A stretch of DNA of 64,000 bases from assembly GCF_009914755.1 (NCBI RefSeq), contig NC_060944.1. The stretch is one strand, 5' to 3'. Position numbers and translations under genes: made by a program. This document shows, one piece after another, positions 1-20,132 of the stretch. The notes under the pieces are model-generated. The model worked only from the letters and a program-made list of their open reading frames with translations, was not told where the DNA came from and did no database searches. Numbering within the stretch: the first letter of the stretch is position 1; each line of letters opens with the position of its first letter. Source of the DNA: the human T2T-CHM13v2.0 reference genome, Homo sapiens.

Positions 1-418
1 CATGAAATGGTGTACACAGGGTGCCACTGGCCAAGCCTTCCTGGCATTTGCGAGCACACTCATTGCCACTGTATGAAATCAACCGAAATCGGATGCATCT
101 CTCCCTCCAGTCCCCTGGGAATGCTGTCAGTCTTGCCTCCTGGTCCCAATTCTCACCGAGGACCAGTCTTTCTCTCTGTTCAGATATACCTGCATCTAGT
201 CTCAATGCACACACATTTCTCATTGGGATTTTTGCAGCAATATAAGAAGTAGCACTTTATTTATTCACACATTCAACAGGAGCATCACTGGGGAATACTT
301 GCTGTGATCCAGCCACCATGCCAGGCTGGATACATGGAGAAATGAGTTTGGCATGATCCCTGACTTCAAGGACTTCATTGTCTTGTAGGGAAAAACCAGA
401 TCATCTCAAGGTGAATTG

Positions 419-845
419 TTTAGGGCAATGTCTCAGCTGCTGTGACAAACAGGCCCCAAAATACAGTGGCTCAGAGAACAGGGAAGTTCATTTTGCTCTC
501 ATTCGTTAACAGCCTCCAGCTTGGCAGGTGGCTCTGCTCCGCACGTTCTGAAGCCCTTCCATTTCATTCCATTTCATCCCTCCACCAACCCCAGGGGACC
601 ATCCTGGTCTGCATGGCCAAGCAAGTTCCAGGCACTGGAGAAGGGAGAGAGTGTGGAAGTCCTAGGAAAGAGATGTCCTTTTAAGGAGGGCCATGGGAAT
701 TTCTCCAGTTCCATGGGTGAATGCTTGGCTACTTGGCCACACCTAGCCATGGGGTAGGTCAGGAAACATTCACCACCTGGGCAGCCATATTCTCAGGAAG
801 AAGAGCAATGTGAATTTTGGTGGAAAACTGGCAGTCTTTGTCACA
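419..845 (-). mobile_element. Old MaLR LTR (MLT1J/K-like)
   Basis: 'gctgctgtgacaaac...ccaaaatacagtggct' resembles MLT1 termini; ends ...gtcaca. Confidence 0.5.
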
Positions 846-1547
846 CAATGCTATGTGCTAAATATTGACGGGAACAGCTCAGGAGAGGCCAGACCATGCA
901 ATGGTTAAACAGTCTGGTTCAGGAGTTGGACAAATCTACATTCAAATCGCAGTACTCAACACAGTGTCATATACATAGTAAGTACCCAACAGTTATTAGC
1001 TGACAGCATTGTTTTTACTATTCCATGGAAACGCACTTGGATCGGATAGACTGCCTATGAGTGGTTCCTGTTAGGCTTAGATAAGGAAGTAAGCTTTGGG
1101 CTGAGTCTCGAAGGTCCAGCAAGAGTTCAGCTCGTGCACAATTGGGGGTTCAGTCATTCTGGGCATGGGTGTGCCAAGGGAAGTGTGTGACCAGGATATT
1201 ATTTTTACCTGTGAGCAGTGAGAATTTTCTCATACCAAGGGAGCTCATATTAGGCTCCTGAGGTTCACATTCTCACCTTGTAATAACATTGAACCTCAGC
1301 AAATCCCCTTGGGAGGATGAGAGAGAAGAGAGACCATCAACATACATCATGAGAATCAGTGAGCAGGAACGTGCTGAAACTGAGGACAGACAGTAGAAAA
1401 CCCAGGACTATGATCTAATGAGAAACTCATCCTCCATGTCTTGGAGGATAAGAATCCAAACTGGAGTCTTTATAATCCTAAAGTCTCAAATGATAGTCTT
1501 TTTTAAAAAGTGTGCACTGCAGTCAGATAGGTTTGGCAAGTGCTTCA

Positions 1548-2731
1548 CTTTTTTAACTTTTGTTTTAGAATTAAGATATTTTATTTTAGAATTTAGAATT
1601 AAAATATTTTATTTTAGAATTAAAATACATGGGTAAATTGCATGTCCTGGGGGTTTGGCGTACAGATTATTTTGTCACCGAGGTAATAAGCGTAGTACCC
1701 AATAGGTAGTTTTTCAATCCTCTCCCTCCTCCCACCCTCCACCATCACGTAGGCCCTAGTATCTGTTGTTCCCTTCTTTGTTACCATGTGTACTCAACAT
1801 TTAGCTCCCACTTATAAGTGAGAACGTGCAGTATTTGGTTTTCTGTTCCTGCATTTGTTTTTTTGGGATAATGGCTTCCAGCTCCATCCATGTTGCTTCA
1901 AAGGACATGATCTCGTTCTTTGCTATTGTGAATAGTGCTGCGATGAACATACGTGTTCATGTGTCTTTATGGTAGAATGATTTATATTCCTTTGGGTATA
2001 TATCCAATAATGGGATTGCTGGGTCGAATGGCAGTTCTAAGTTCTTTGAGAAATTGCCACACTGCTTTCCACATGGCTGAACTAACTTACATTTCCACCA
2101 GCAGTGTCTAAGTGTTCCCTTTTCTCCACAACCTCTCCATTTTTTGACTTTCTAATAATCGTCATTTTGACTGGTGTGAGATGGTATCACATTGTGGTTT
2201 TGATTTGAATTTCTCTAATGATTAGTGGTGTAGAGCATTTTTTCGTATGCTCGTTGTCTGCATGTACGTCTTCTTTTGAAAAGCGTTCATGTCCTTTGCC
2301 CAGTTTTTGATGGGGTTCTTTGTTTTCTGATTGTTAATAAGTTCCCTGTAGATGATGGATAATAGGCTTTTGTTGGATGCATAGTTTGCAAATACTGTCT
2401 CCCATTCTGTAGGTTGTCTGTTTACTCTGTTGATAGTTCTTTTGGCTGCGCAGACGCTCTTTAGTTTAATTAAGTCCCAGTTGTCAATTTTTGTTTTTGT
2501 TGCAATTGCTTTTGGCATTTTCATCAGGAAACTTTTGCCGGGGCCTATGTTCACAATGATATTTTCTAGGATATCTTCCAGAGTGTTTATAGATTTAGGT
2601 TTTACATTTAACTCTTTAATCCATCTTGGGTTGATTTTTGTTTATGGTGTAAGGAAGGAATCCAGTTTCCATCTTCTGCATGTGGCCAGCCAGTTATCCC
2701 AGCATTATTTATTGAATAGGGAGTCCTTTCT
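1548..2731 (-). mobile_element. 5'-truncated L1 (L1PA13-16-like), 3' end
   Basis: L1 3'UTR text and ORF2 C-terminal peptide (WDLIKLKS...[10 protein letters not shown]) in ORF 2222..2554. Confidence 0.9.
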
Positions 2732-2959
2732 TTATTATACCCCCAACGTGTGCGAGCTTCTTAAATTCTTGGAGTAGTCCTGTAATAAGGAAACTCTTGT
2801 TTTCCCCATTTTTCATTGAACGGTTTGATCACTGCATTCAACTGAGGTGCCTTGATGTGGCCAATGAGCAAATAATTTTGAGACACGGTCTTATCAAGTA
2901 CCCTGTTCCTGTGGATGTTGGCCTACGGTAAATTTCCACTAACCATAGCTCCTTATCCC

Positions 2960-3408
2960 TGTGTGTGGTAAGCTGTCTGTTTAGTGACCCCCAACCCCCA
3001 TAAGCCTCTCCTTGTATCTAATTCCTTTGAAGCTGGCTTGGCTCTGTGACTGTGGCAGAAGTGACATAGCACTGGTTCTAGGCCTAAGCCCTGTGAAGTT
3101 CTGGCAGCTTCTATTTTTGCACTTTAGGGGAAGCCAGCTGTCACGTAAGAAGGCCAACTACTCCGAGACAACCATGCTGTGAGGAAGCCCAAGCTCACCA
3201 CATGGAGAGGACATGTGGAGAGAACCCAGGAACCCAGGCAACAGCAAGTGACTCCTTTCAGCCCCCAGCACTGGAGCACCAGAGGTGATGCCACAGGACC
3301 AGAGAGGAGCACCTGCCCGAAGCGCAGACTTGGAGCAAAGAAGCAATTGTTGTTTTTTATGCTCCATGTTCTGGGCTGCTCTATTACACAGCAATAGATA
3401 TTCAGAAC
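2960..3408 (+). mobile_element. MaLR LTR (MLT1G/H-like)
   Basis: 'ccatgctgtgaggaagcccaagc...' and 'acacagcaatagata' match MLT1 LTR features. Confidence 0.65.
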
Positions 3409-3784
3409 TGCGTTTTCCATCTGGCTGAGTGGAGTCCTGAGCAGACCAGCTAGGTCCCCTGATGCCTTCACCCTCCTTTCCTCTGTGGTCACTTCTTTCC
3501 TTATGGCCTAAGTCCCCCAGCCAGCATCTCCAAAGAACAAGGATGGCCCCTCCCTAGTCACAACACTATCATCGCATGAAGACCATTGACACTAACTCAA
3601 GAATGCCATCCAATATATAGTCCATTCACATTTCCCAGTTTGTACAAACATCTTCTATTCTAGCATATTTTTTTTAACTCAAGGAGCTACTTAAGGCTTC
3701 CTCATTGCATTTGGCTTTCATGAATGTGAAGAATTCCTGAAAGGCATTTATTTCACTAAAGAAAAAAGATCCTCACTAGAAGTC

Positions 3785-4066
3785 AGCTGGGAGTAGTGAC
3801 TCATACCTGTAATTTCAGCACTTTAGGAGGCAGAAGTGGGAGGACTGCTTGAGCCCAGGAGTTTCAGACCAGCATGGCCAACATAGTGAAACCTCATCTC
3901 TACTAAAAATACAAAAATTAGCCAGGCATGGTATCATATGCCTGTAATCCCAGCTACTCAGGAGGCTGAAGTGGGAGGATTGCTTGGGCCAAGGAGGTTG
4001 AGGCTGCAGTGGCTGTGATAGTGCCACTGTACTCCAGCCGGGGTGACAGAGCCAGACCTTGTCTCA
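3785..4066 (+). mobile_element. AluJ-like, no A-tail
   Basis: Dimeric Alu consensus match. Confidence 0.9.
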
Positions 4067-6221
4067 TGGTGTGATTATTACCTGGGCAACTCTTTGCTCC
4101 TTTCTGAACTGGGAACAACACCTGTTCTACCTATTTCTCAGGTTATAAGTTTCAGTAAAAGTCATTTACTTGTGGCGAACACTATTCTAACTGTTCTTGT
4201 CTATTTTAAAATGTGCTTTCACAGAAACTGTTTTCATTTCTGGTCACACATACACACCTGGTGTGCTCACTGTTTGGCATATTGGCTTCTTCATGGGCCT
4301 CATCCACATTCTCACTTTATTTCTTGATGGCTCATGTATTTCTCTGTATAGTAATTCCATGCTGTGCCTTTCTCCTGTGGAAACGTCTGGTTCCTTCAGT
4401 GGACCTTTTCTGGGTAGAGATGCATCACTCTGCAGGGTGTTGCTTAGAAGGAGTGAGACCTGGAGTGGGAGAAGGGAAGAGGAAAGTAAAACAGTTTTTG
4501 CAGCGCAGTATCAGGAGAGAGGGATAGTAACTCAACACAGGCCTTTCCTGCCCCTGTTGGTGGAAGAGGCAGTAGGACATTTCCAGAAACCCAGAGGAGT
4601 CCAGGATACGTGAGTCTAGAAACGCTAGTCATGGCATTGAAATCAATTTTTTGTTTGCATGAAGAACCGGGCATACACACACTAATTCTCCTTGGTTTGG
4701 GCATTATCTGCTCCCAAGCTGAGTAAATTCACAAGCTTCTTATTGACATCGCAGGGGAGGATGCTGAAGGTTACTGGTGAGTTTATACTGCCTTTACATG
4801 GTGTGAAAGTCATTATTTTACTGTAATAAACGTTAAACTGTTCACAAAGATATGCAAAGGTTGACGGTGATCTCAATCCTTTTATGTTGTGAGTCCCCAT
4901 TCTGCCAGTCCTCTAAGGAGGGAAAGGAACTATGACCCTTGGTTTAGATGGCTCCCCTCCTCCATGCTCTCCCCCAGGAGACCATAAGAAAACAGAAGGC
5001 TGTGGGACCCCACTGGCTATAACTAGGACCTTGGGAGTCTGATGTAAATGTTTACCTATTTTTTCCCAAGGAAACAGCATTGTCAGACCTGGGAAAGGAC
5101 TTAGAAAAAAGAAGGCGAAAGGACAGATTGCAGTCTCCATCTTCTGTGTGGCCTCAGGGGACGAACCATTGATTAAAAACGGAAGGTCAATATCATCTCT
5201 GCTGGGTAAACTTGAGATCCTTGAAGAGCCTCTCAGCCCAGTAGGACTCTCAAGCCCTGCTCTGGAGTGAGCAGAAAGGAGACGCAGTGGTTTCCCCTTG
5301 AAGGCTGATCTTGGCCTGAGCTCATCATTAAATAAGAAGCGCGTAGATCTTTACGCTGCCTGTGCTGCCCTGGTCAGAAAGGCATTCGTCACAGCTCCAG
5401 GCTTTAATTTCCTAAAGAGGCTAAGGTGAAAGTCATTCCAAGGCTCTCTTTTCAGAAAATGGGAAATGATGTTGGCCCTGAGTCCAGAATAGCACATGGG
5501 TGCCTATTTGCATAGCTTGATCACAAGGCTTGTCTGTGACCACTCCTGACCCCTCCATGCTAACTCAGCCTCCATCTGCTGAACACAGCCAGTCCCTTTT
5601 CTAGGGCAGCCAAAGCTTTGTTCTGAGATTTCAAAATAGATATCAAATATTATTATAGCTGCAGTTTGGGATCATGGCCAACTTAGTGGTTATAAACATA
5701 AGTTCTGAGGTGGCCACATTCCCACTGTGGGGTGGGGGTCCAGGAGAAGCTCCTCCCTCTTTGCCCCCACCCACCATCCCTGAGCCCTTGACCCTCTCCC
5801 CAAAAGGATGTTCTGTGGGGCTTTGCATAGTTGTTTGCTTTGAATTCCCTGCCTCCTCACCTGTCAGATGAGACATAATCAGGCGAAGAACCAATATCCC
5901 AAGAAGATGGCTCTGAAAACAGAATCAGGTGTAGCATGGGGAACCACTGGAGACAGCAGATAGTCACTCATCTTGGCTTGCCCCATCCAGTGTGAATTTT
6001 CTGTGCACATAACCTCTTCTTGGTGATTTCTCCTGCAGGTCCTGGGTCACCTGAACACTTGGCTCTGGGCAAACCTGGGAGTGGCCAAGACCTGAAGCAG
6101 GAACAGTCCCAGTCCCCATGGTAGAAGATGCTTCCCTTTCCAGATCCCTGGCTGGCTGCATGCTGGGACGCCGGCTGGCTTGTTAGAGGGTGCAGCCCTG
6201 ACTCTGCCACAATTTTTTGAG

Positions 6222-6406
6222 CAGCAGTTCCCAAACTTGAGTGACATTGGGATCTCCTGGAGAGCATATTAAAACCTGGATCCCTGGGACCCACCCCAGA
6301 GATTCCAATCCAGAAGTCAGGTTTGGGGCCTGAGAATATGAATATTTCCTACAAGTTCCCAGGAAATACTAATGCTTGACCAGGGACCACACTTTGACAA
6401 CCACTG
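6222..6406. mobile_element. MER5A-like hAT-Charlie MITE
   Basis: Terminal inverted repeats cagcagttcccaaa ... tttgacaaccactg, ~185 bp. Confidence 0.8.
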
Positions 6407-6688
6407 GCTTAGATCTCTGCGGTATCGAGTAATTACCCTCTGTCTCCTTGTTTTCTGAGGACATCCTCACACTGTGAGCAAACTATGATCTCAAACCATG
6501 GGACTCTTTTCTCTCCAGAGTTCATTTCACAGGTGTTTTCTGAATTGACTCCTGGTGGAACGTGGAAAGGAATACAAGTGCTGAGTTGTATGCTAAAATA
6601 ACACTTGCCACCAACCGCAGTAGTTGAGCTTTGAATTGGTTTCTGGTCAAAGGTAATCATAGATGAATGGAAGCAAAATAATTTTATA

Positions 6689-6995
6689 GGCTGGGCGCGG
6701 TGGCTCACGCCTGTAATCCCAGCACTTTGGGAGGCCGAGGCGGGCAGATCATGAGGTCAGGAGATTGAGACCATCCTGGCTAACACGGTGAAACCCTGTC
6801 TCTACTAAAAATACAAAAAATTACCCGGGTGTGGTGGCGGGCGCCTGTAGTCCCCACTACTCCGGAGGCTGAGGCAGGAGAATGGCGTAAGTAAACCTGG
6901 GAGGCGGAGCTTGCAGTGAGCTGAGATGGCGCCACTGCACTCCAGCCTGGATGACAGAGCGAGACTCCGTCTCAAAAAAAAAAAAAAAAAAAAAA
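6689..6995 (+). mobile_element. AluY
   Basis: Diagnostic 'accatcctggctaacacggtg' and 'ggagcttgcagtg'; long A tail. Confidence 0.93.
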
Positions 6996-7004
6996 GAATT
7001 TTAT

Positions 7005-7289
<285 letters not shown>

Positions 7290-7595
7290 TTAGGAATGAA
7301 GGAGAATTTAAACTTCACTGTCTAGTTTAACTACCTGTGAACCCATCTTATAAATATCCCATCTCCCAAAGTCCATTTATAAATTGGTTGTTTCATGCTC
7401 AGAACTCATCTCACGCAATCAGGGTTCTACGTGATGGCTAATGGAATGTTTAGATCAGTTCACAAAAGCTTAGTCACCCCATAACATGGCTGCAATTCCT
7501 AATTTTGCACAAAAACAAAAAGTAGGAAACTAAATTTTATTCTAACTTTCACAAGATGTTTAAACATATAGAGTAAATCAAAAGTTTACCTTCTA

Positions 7596-7911
<316 letters not shown>

Positions 7912-8285
7912 GTTTCTCTTTTAAAAAACAATCATTTTACAATGTGTCATATTACAAATAATTAAGATAAAATTAAATGAGATAAAATGTAATTTGGGGA
8001 GCTTAGTGGATATCCCACCAGAGCAGCCAGCACACTTTTGAGAGCTTTAGACAGGGACTAAGTTCATTTCTGAACATGTAGACTTCTAGGGCAACTTGGA
8101 GAAATGGCTGATTCCAGAGCTGGCACAGGGAAAGTTCAAGATGAGCCTGGAACATCTTATGGTGCCATAAGAAAAGGGCAAATTCTAAAAAGGTTGGAAA
8201 CATTGAAAGGATGCAGGAGCTAATCTGAAGGGGCTTCCACTTACCACATTTGAGACAATATGAACATTAACATAAGCCAAAATAA

Positions 8286-8600
<315 letters not shown>

Positions 8601-8680
8601 AATAAACAATGACAGCAAAGGATTACAACCCATAAATAAAAGAAGAATCCATCTGTCCCTGATTATACACACATACACTC

Positions 8681-8682
<2 letters not shown>

Positions 8683-8724
<42 letters not shown>

Positions 8725-9065
8725 GCAACTAATAACAAATATGTATAAAGTATACATACATATACATTATTAGTATATTGTGTATATTATTTATGTGTGC
8801 ATAGTAGTGTACATTAACATACTGCATTATACTACATAGTATAATGTAATCTATATATAAATGGTAAATATAAATATACATTTTCAGTATTTTATATATG
8901 TGTGTATAGTATTATACTACATAACATAATGTATTTTAGTATATTATGGTATACTAAATTCATATTTTAATATATTATAAATCTGTATATTATGAATAGG
9001 TATACATGTGTGTTATTTTAGTATATTATGAATATATGTATATTTGTGTGTATTTGTATATAGCA
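8683..9065. repeat. (TG)n microsatellite followed by TA-rich low-complexity sequence
   Basis: Direct read. Confidence 0.9.
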
Positions 9066-9112
9066 GTTATACATTATTAGTTGGCATTCTCCTATGAAGA
9101 GCTTTCCCTTCT

Positions 9113-9430
9113 GGCCAGGTGCAGTGCCTCAAACCTGTAATTCCAGCACTTTGGGAAGCCAAGGCAGGTGGATCACTTGAGGCCAGGAGTTCGAGACCAG
9201 CCTGGCCAATATGGTGAAGCCCCGTCTCTACTAAAAATACAAAAATTAGCCAGGCGTGGTGGCACACACCTGTAATCCCAGCTACATGGGAGGCTAAGGC
9301 AGGATAATCACTTGAACTCGGGAGGCTGAGGTTGTGGTGAGCCAAGATAGGACCACTGCAGTCCAGCCTGGGCGACAGAGCAAGATTCCGTCTCAGAAAA
9401 ACAAAACAAAACAAAACAAAACAAAACAAA
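9113..9430 (+). mobile_element. AluS with (AAAAC)n tail
   Basis: Near-identical flanks agctttcccttct / agctttcctttct (TSD). Confidence 0.92.
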
Positions 9431-9498
9431 GCTTTCCTTTCTCTCCTATTTAAGTAATAAATGTAGATGGAATGATGAAGTTAGAAACATCACCATTT

Positions 9499-10001
<503 letters not shown>

Positions 10002-10657
10002 TCATGATATTGAGTCACACAGGAATCATCAATGGATGTTAAAAGTAGTGCATGAACATATGATTAAGAACAGGGCATTTACATATTCTCAAAATATTCA
10101 CTCTCAGATTACTTATTAATTACGAACAGAAAAATAATACCTTCCAGTGGAGAAACCTGGTGGTCACCACCTTACCCAAGAGATCAATGTTGGTGCCACC
10201 AGCAATGGGACATATCGATCTTCAACGCACTGTATAGAGATCAGTGTACTCCTGTGCTGTTCCTCCCCAAAATGCATGATCTAAAATGAATCATGAGGAA
10301 ATATCAGACAAGCTGACATTGAGGAACAGCCTACAAAAGAACTGTTCTGCACTTTTAAAAAACATTAAGGTCAAGAAATGCAAATAAGGAAGAAGGAACA
10401 GTCCCAGATGGAGGGAGGGTAAAGAGTCCCAACAGCTCAGTGTAAATGTGTGACCCTGAGGTCCCAGACTGGAAACATTGCTGTAAAGGACATTATTAGG
10501 GGACAAAGGACAAAAATTGAACATGGACTGTTTAGTAATAACAATGTATCAGTAGTTTTCCTGATTTTGATAACTGAGCAGAGGTTTTGTAAGTGAATTT
10601 GTTTGTTCTTAGAAAATGCTGTCAGATACTCAGGGATAATGGGGAACATGATCCATC

Positions 10658-11389
10658 TGTCTTAGTCTGTTTAGAGTTGCTATAAAGGAATATTTGAGGC
10701 CAGGTAATTTTTTTTTGAGATGGGGTCTCACTCTGTCACCCAGGATGGTGCAATTTTGGCTCACTGCAACCTCTGCCTCCTGGGCTCAAGTGATCCTCCC
10801 ACCTCAGTCTCCTGAGTAGCTGGGACTACAGGTGTGTGCCACCACACCGGGCTGATTTTTTTTTTTTTTTGTATTTATAGTAGCGACAGAGTCTTACCAT
10901 GTTGCCCAGGCTGGTCTCAAACTCCTGAGCTCAAGCAATCACCCACGTCAGCCTACCAAAGTGCTAGGATTACAGGTGTGAGCTACTGCACCTGACCAAG
11001 GCTGGGTCATTTATAAAGAAAAAAGGTTTATTTGACTCTGTTCTGCTGGCTGTAGAAGAAGCATGGCATCAGCATCTGCTGAGCTTCTGGGAGAATCTCA
11101 AGCTTCTTCCACTCATGGCAGAAGGCAAAGGGGAGCTGGCTGTGTAGAGATCACCTGGCGGGAGAGGAAGCAAGAGAGAGTGAGAAGGGCAGAGACCAGC
11201 TCTTTTTAGCAATCAGTGCTTGTGGAAACTAACAGTGAGGACTCACTCACCCTGCTCCCAGGACGTTAATCTATTCATGAGGGATTCTCCCTCGTGCATG
11301 ACCCAAACCCCTCCTGTTTAGTCCCACCTCCAACCCTGGGGATCAAATTTTAACATGAAGTTTGGAGGAAAAACATCTGAACTATAGCA
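10658..11389 (-). mobile_element. MST-type MaLR LTR containing an antisense AluJ (10708-10997)
   Basis: Termini tgtcttagtc... / ...aactatagca. The Alu is flanked by aggccaggtaattt / aggctgggtcattt. Confidence 0.8.
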
Positions 11390-13087
11390 CTAACTTTACT
11401 CAAATGGTTCAGAAAATATGTGTATGTGTGTGTGTGTGTGAGAGAGAGAATGACAAAACAAATGTGGCAAAGTGTTAACACGTCATCAAACTGAATAAAG
11501 AGTGTATGGGCATTCTGTGCACCATTCTTGCAATTTTTCTGAGAGACTGAAATTATTTCAAAATAAACAAGTTTTTCAAAGCACAGGTTTTCTTTTTTCC
11601 TGATGTGGGACACCACTAACCCTCTTGTGCTCAGAGGTCACCGTCAGTATCTCCTCACTCCCAGATAAAATCAATGCGCAAACTATTTTATTCAGACGGC
11701 AAAGCAATTTCTTTGCCTTCCCCCAGGGCACTGTTTGTGCTCCTTCCACCTTGAATCTTTCTAGCCTTGAGTGTAAGCTCTGTTTTAATTCAGGATTTCT
11801 TTCTTTTGGTCCCATCCAAGATCTTTGGCTTAGATTGGAAACCAGGTCTTAACAAATGGGTGTTAATGCTCAGATCTCACTTTCTGTTTACACTGTCCAG
11901 ACACACCCATAGTCTTGCACTCTCACCTTTGAGTGCTACCAGAGTCCAAGGCCATTGGTCAACTAATGTGTAACCAGGACCATTAGAATCCAGAGGATGA
12001 GGAAACTAGAGATGGGAATGTGGAGGCCTGGACCTCAAACTAGTGCTAGTGAAAAAGTGGGCAGCCCTCACTCAAGGGAGGACATGGCTTTACTTCTCCT
12101 GATCTCAGAAGATCAGCATTACAAGAAGGGAACAGAGAGGGACAGAGCATGTCATCCCTGTGCAGGGGCAGGCAGTTCGCTGGCTTGCATAGCAACCCTG
12201 CCTGCTGAGCAGACAGGCAGGAGTAGAAGCAGAGGGAGAAGGAAGGGAAACCTTAGCAGCCTGGCCGTGGGCGGAGGTGCAACTCCATCCACCCACAATG
12301 AGATGGTGTTGATCAGTCCTCCCTGTGGCCAACAGCTTTGCACTGAAGCAAGGCTGGTCCTAACTACACAGTTTGTTGTCTGTGGAATCTGTTTTCTCTC
12401 TGGATCAAGACAACTGGTCCCATAGAGATGTTCCTACCACCTGGCCATGTTAGGCTACTGTTCCAATTCTGGGTCCACAAAGAACAATGATTTCAGAGGC
12501 CCCCTAGATCCTTTTGCACTCCTGCTGCCATATACAAACTCTCTGGGAAAGATTTATACTTAATGAGGAGAAGAGTCTAAAACATGCTCAGGAACTCTCA
12601 CTGCGCAATTTCATCTCCTTTAATGGGCACATCTTTTTTTTTTTTTTTTGGTGGTCTTGTTTCTTGACCCATTGTTATTTCACCACTGTCTTTTCTCCCA
12701 TATAGATAATCATTCTGAAAATGTACTCAGTGGAAAAATAAAAACACAGGGGAAAATGAACACAAAAGTCTTACCTTTCCAAGCAGGCGCTATAAATATT
12801 TGGCTTCATTTTCTTCTAGTTTCTCTACCAAAATTTTGTTTTAAATGCTCACATGTTAGATGAGTAGATTCTTGTTCTACAATATTGAAATGATAAATAG
12901 CTAAGTATCCTTAGAGAGGTTTTGGTGTGCATTTACAAACATATGCTTACATTTAGGAATTTAAAGTTTCATGGTTTGTTACAAAGGTGCTACAAATTAC
13001 AAAATTACTATCTATAGATCTACCTTGGTTTTCAAAAATTGCTAGAGTATTTCCATATTAACATACCATGTTGACCTGACCATTCCT

Positions 13088-13130
<43 letters not shown>

Positions 13131-13284
13131 AGATGGAGTTTTATTCTGTTGCCCAGGCTGGAGTGCAGTGGTGCAATCAAAGCTCACTGCAGCCTTGAAC
13201 TCCTGGGCTCAAGCGATCCTCCCACCTCAGCCTCCCTGAGTAGCTGGGATTACAGGTACACACCACCAAGCCTGGCTAATTTTT

Positions 13285-15347
<2,063 letters not shown>

Positions 15348-15377
15348 AAGCCTGGCTAATTTTTATTTTTTAATTTT

Positions 15378-15715
<338 letters not shown>

Positions 15716-15946
15716 TAATAGAAACTGGGTCTCCCTATATTGCCCAGGCTGGTCTTGAACTCGTGACCTCAGGTGATCCTCCTGCCTCGACCTCCAAAAG
15801 TCCTGGGATTACAGACATGAGCTACCACACCCAGCCTACCCTCTTCTTGAAACATGTTCTTCTCTTGGCCTCCAGGACACGCTCTTGATTTCCCTCCCAT
15901 CTCACAGGCTATCCTTCTTCGTCTCCTCTGAGATTTCTCCTTATCC

Positions 15947-16175
<229 letters not shown>

Positions 16176-16354
16176 TAAGACTCTAGACTCAAAGAGTGAG
16201 CCACGTACTGATCAAAATGAATCTGAATTTAAAATAACATCTATACCTAGGTACCTAACAATGAAAGTTTACACTATCAAGAAAAAGATCTTTTTAAAAT
16301 CTAGGAAGGAAAACTGATCACAAAAGAATGAAAGCATATGAGCATAAAAATTAA

Positions 16355-16751
<397 letters not shown>

Positions 16752-17243
16752 TCTCCTTATCCTTTAGAGTTCACAATACTGGAGTACCTTGGGGCTCAGT
16801 CTCCAGAACTCTTCTCTTCCTTTTTAACGTGAAACCAAAGTAATTGCATCCATATTTGTAGCTTTAAATCCACCTATATGCTACTGACTTCCAAATTTAA
16901 GTGTCCAGCCCAGATTCCTCCCATGGATTTCAGATTCACAGATCCACCTGCCTACTCAGCATCTCCACTTGGAAGTTTAATTTAAATATCAGATTTAACA
17001 AGTCCCATTTTGAATCCCTGATTTCTCCCCCAAGCCTGTGCCTCTGTCATTCTTCACGTCTTAGTAAATGACAACTTCATTCCTCCAAGTATCAAGGCCT
17101 AAATTGTTGGTTTCATCCCTTTTTCTTTTTTTCATATTCCACAGTTACAAATCTTGTCATCTTTTTCCTCACTGCCTCCACCCCTACTAACCTAGTCCAA
17201 GCCACCATTATCTCCCACCCAGACTAACAATCTCCTCACAGGT

Positions 17244-17739
17244 TGTTTCAGTTCGCTATTTCTGTGTAACAACTTGAAATTTAGTGGCTCAAAGCAACAA
17301 CACCTCATTTATTATTTCCCATGATTCTGTGGGTTGATCAGGTAGTTACACAGCTTGATGTGATGTCATTTGGTGCACTAGGATGGCTGGAAGGATGAGT
17401 ATGGCCTCACTCTCAGGGCTGGGATTTGAGGATGACTATCCAGTGGAAGCTCAGCTATAGCTGTTGGCCAGGGACCTTGATTCTTCTCCACCTGGGTGTC
17501 ACCTTTCCACATAACTGCTTGGGCTTCCTCATAGCATGGTGGCTAGGTTCTAAGTGGGAACATTCCAGGCACTGAAAGAGAAACTGCATATTTCTTAAAT
17601 CACAGACTAGGGAACCACTTCTGCACATTCCTTTAGTCAAAGCAGTCACAGAATCTGTCCAAAGTTAAGTAGTGAGAAATAGTATCCAGCTTTCAATGGA
17701 AAGAGGCAAAGAATTTGTGGTCATCATTAGTCCACCACA
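17244..17739 (-). mobile_element. Solo MaLR LTR (MLT1G/H-like)
   Basis: TG...CA termini with perfect 5-bp TSD caggt (17239-17243, 17740-17744). Confidence 0.8.
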
Positions 17740-17808
17740 CAGGTCTCTCTGCTTCTACCATTACCCCACATAACTTCTAGACACTTCCTTTTAAAATCAT
17801 AAATCCCT

Positions 17809-18125
17809 GGTCAGGTGTGGTGGCTCATGCCTGTAATCTAATCCCAGCACTTGGGGAGGCCAAGGCGGGATGACCGTTTGAGCTTGGAAGTTTGAGACCA
17901 GCCTAGGCAACATAGTGAGACCACATTTCTACAGTTTTTTTTTTAATTAGTCAGGCATTGTGGTGTACACCTATTATGCCAGCTACTCTGGAGACTGAGG
18001 CAGGAGGATCACTTGAGCCCAGGAGTTTGAGACTGCAGTGAACTCTGATCACACTACTCCACTGTACCCTGGGCGACAGAGCAAGACCCTGATCTCAAGA
18101 AAAGAAAAAAACCTACAAAAATAAA
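17809..18125 (+). mobile_element. AluJ
   Basis: Alu consensus match. Confidence 0.9.
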
Positions 18126-18554
18126 ACATAAATCTTAGAGCTCATCAACAGCTTCTCCTCTCCTGGCTAATTAGACAACTTAATCTGACCCTTGCCCCTT
18201 CTCCTGGCCCCTCTCTCCTGCTTCCTCCATGCAGTCCACGTTAGTCTCCACTGTTTCCCAACTTCACCATTCACATTCCTGTCTGGAGGCCCTGGCAGTG
18301 GCTGTTTCCTCTGCCTGAATCCCATGGACCTTGGCACGCATAATCACTTCCTTACTTCCCACAGGCGTCTAATCAAAGAGCATTTCATCCAAAGGGCCTT
18401 TCCTCTCTAGAATAAGCAAAACTAATTAATGCCAGTAGGAGAAGAATGCGGTGTCTCTGGGTGGAGGAGAAATTGCCTGGAAGGGACCTGAGGGAACTTT
18501 CTGGGGTAATGAAAATGTTCTACATTTTATTTTGGGTGGCAATTACACGGATTT

Positions 18555-19466
<912 letters not shown>

Positions 19467-19560
19467 AGGTCTGTAAAATTGTCACAGCTTGTCAACTGAA
19501 CACTTAACTGTGCATCATATGGTAGGTCAGTTACACTCCAATTTAAAAAATAGAAAAATG

Positions 19561-20132
<572 letters not shown>

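Noticed and set aside
4197-4615. 138-aa ORF ending near a gtgagt donor-like site
   Set aside because: Non-ATG start, no homology recognised, and no partner exons identifiable from sequence alone.
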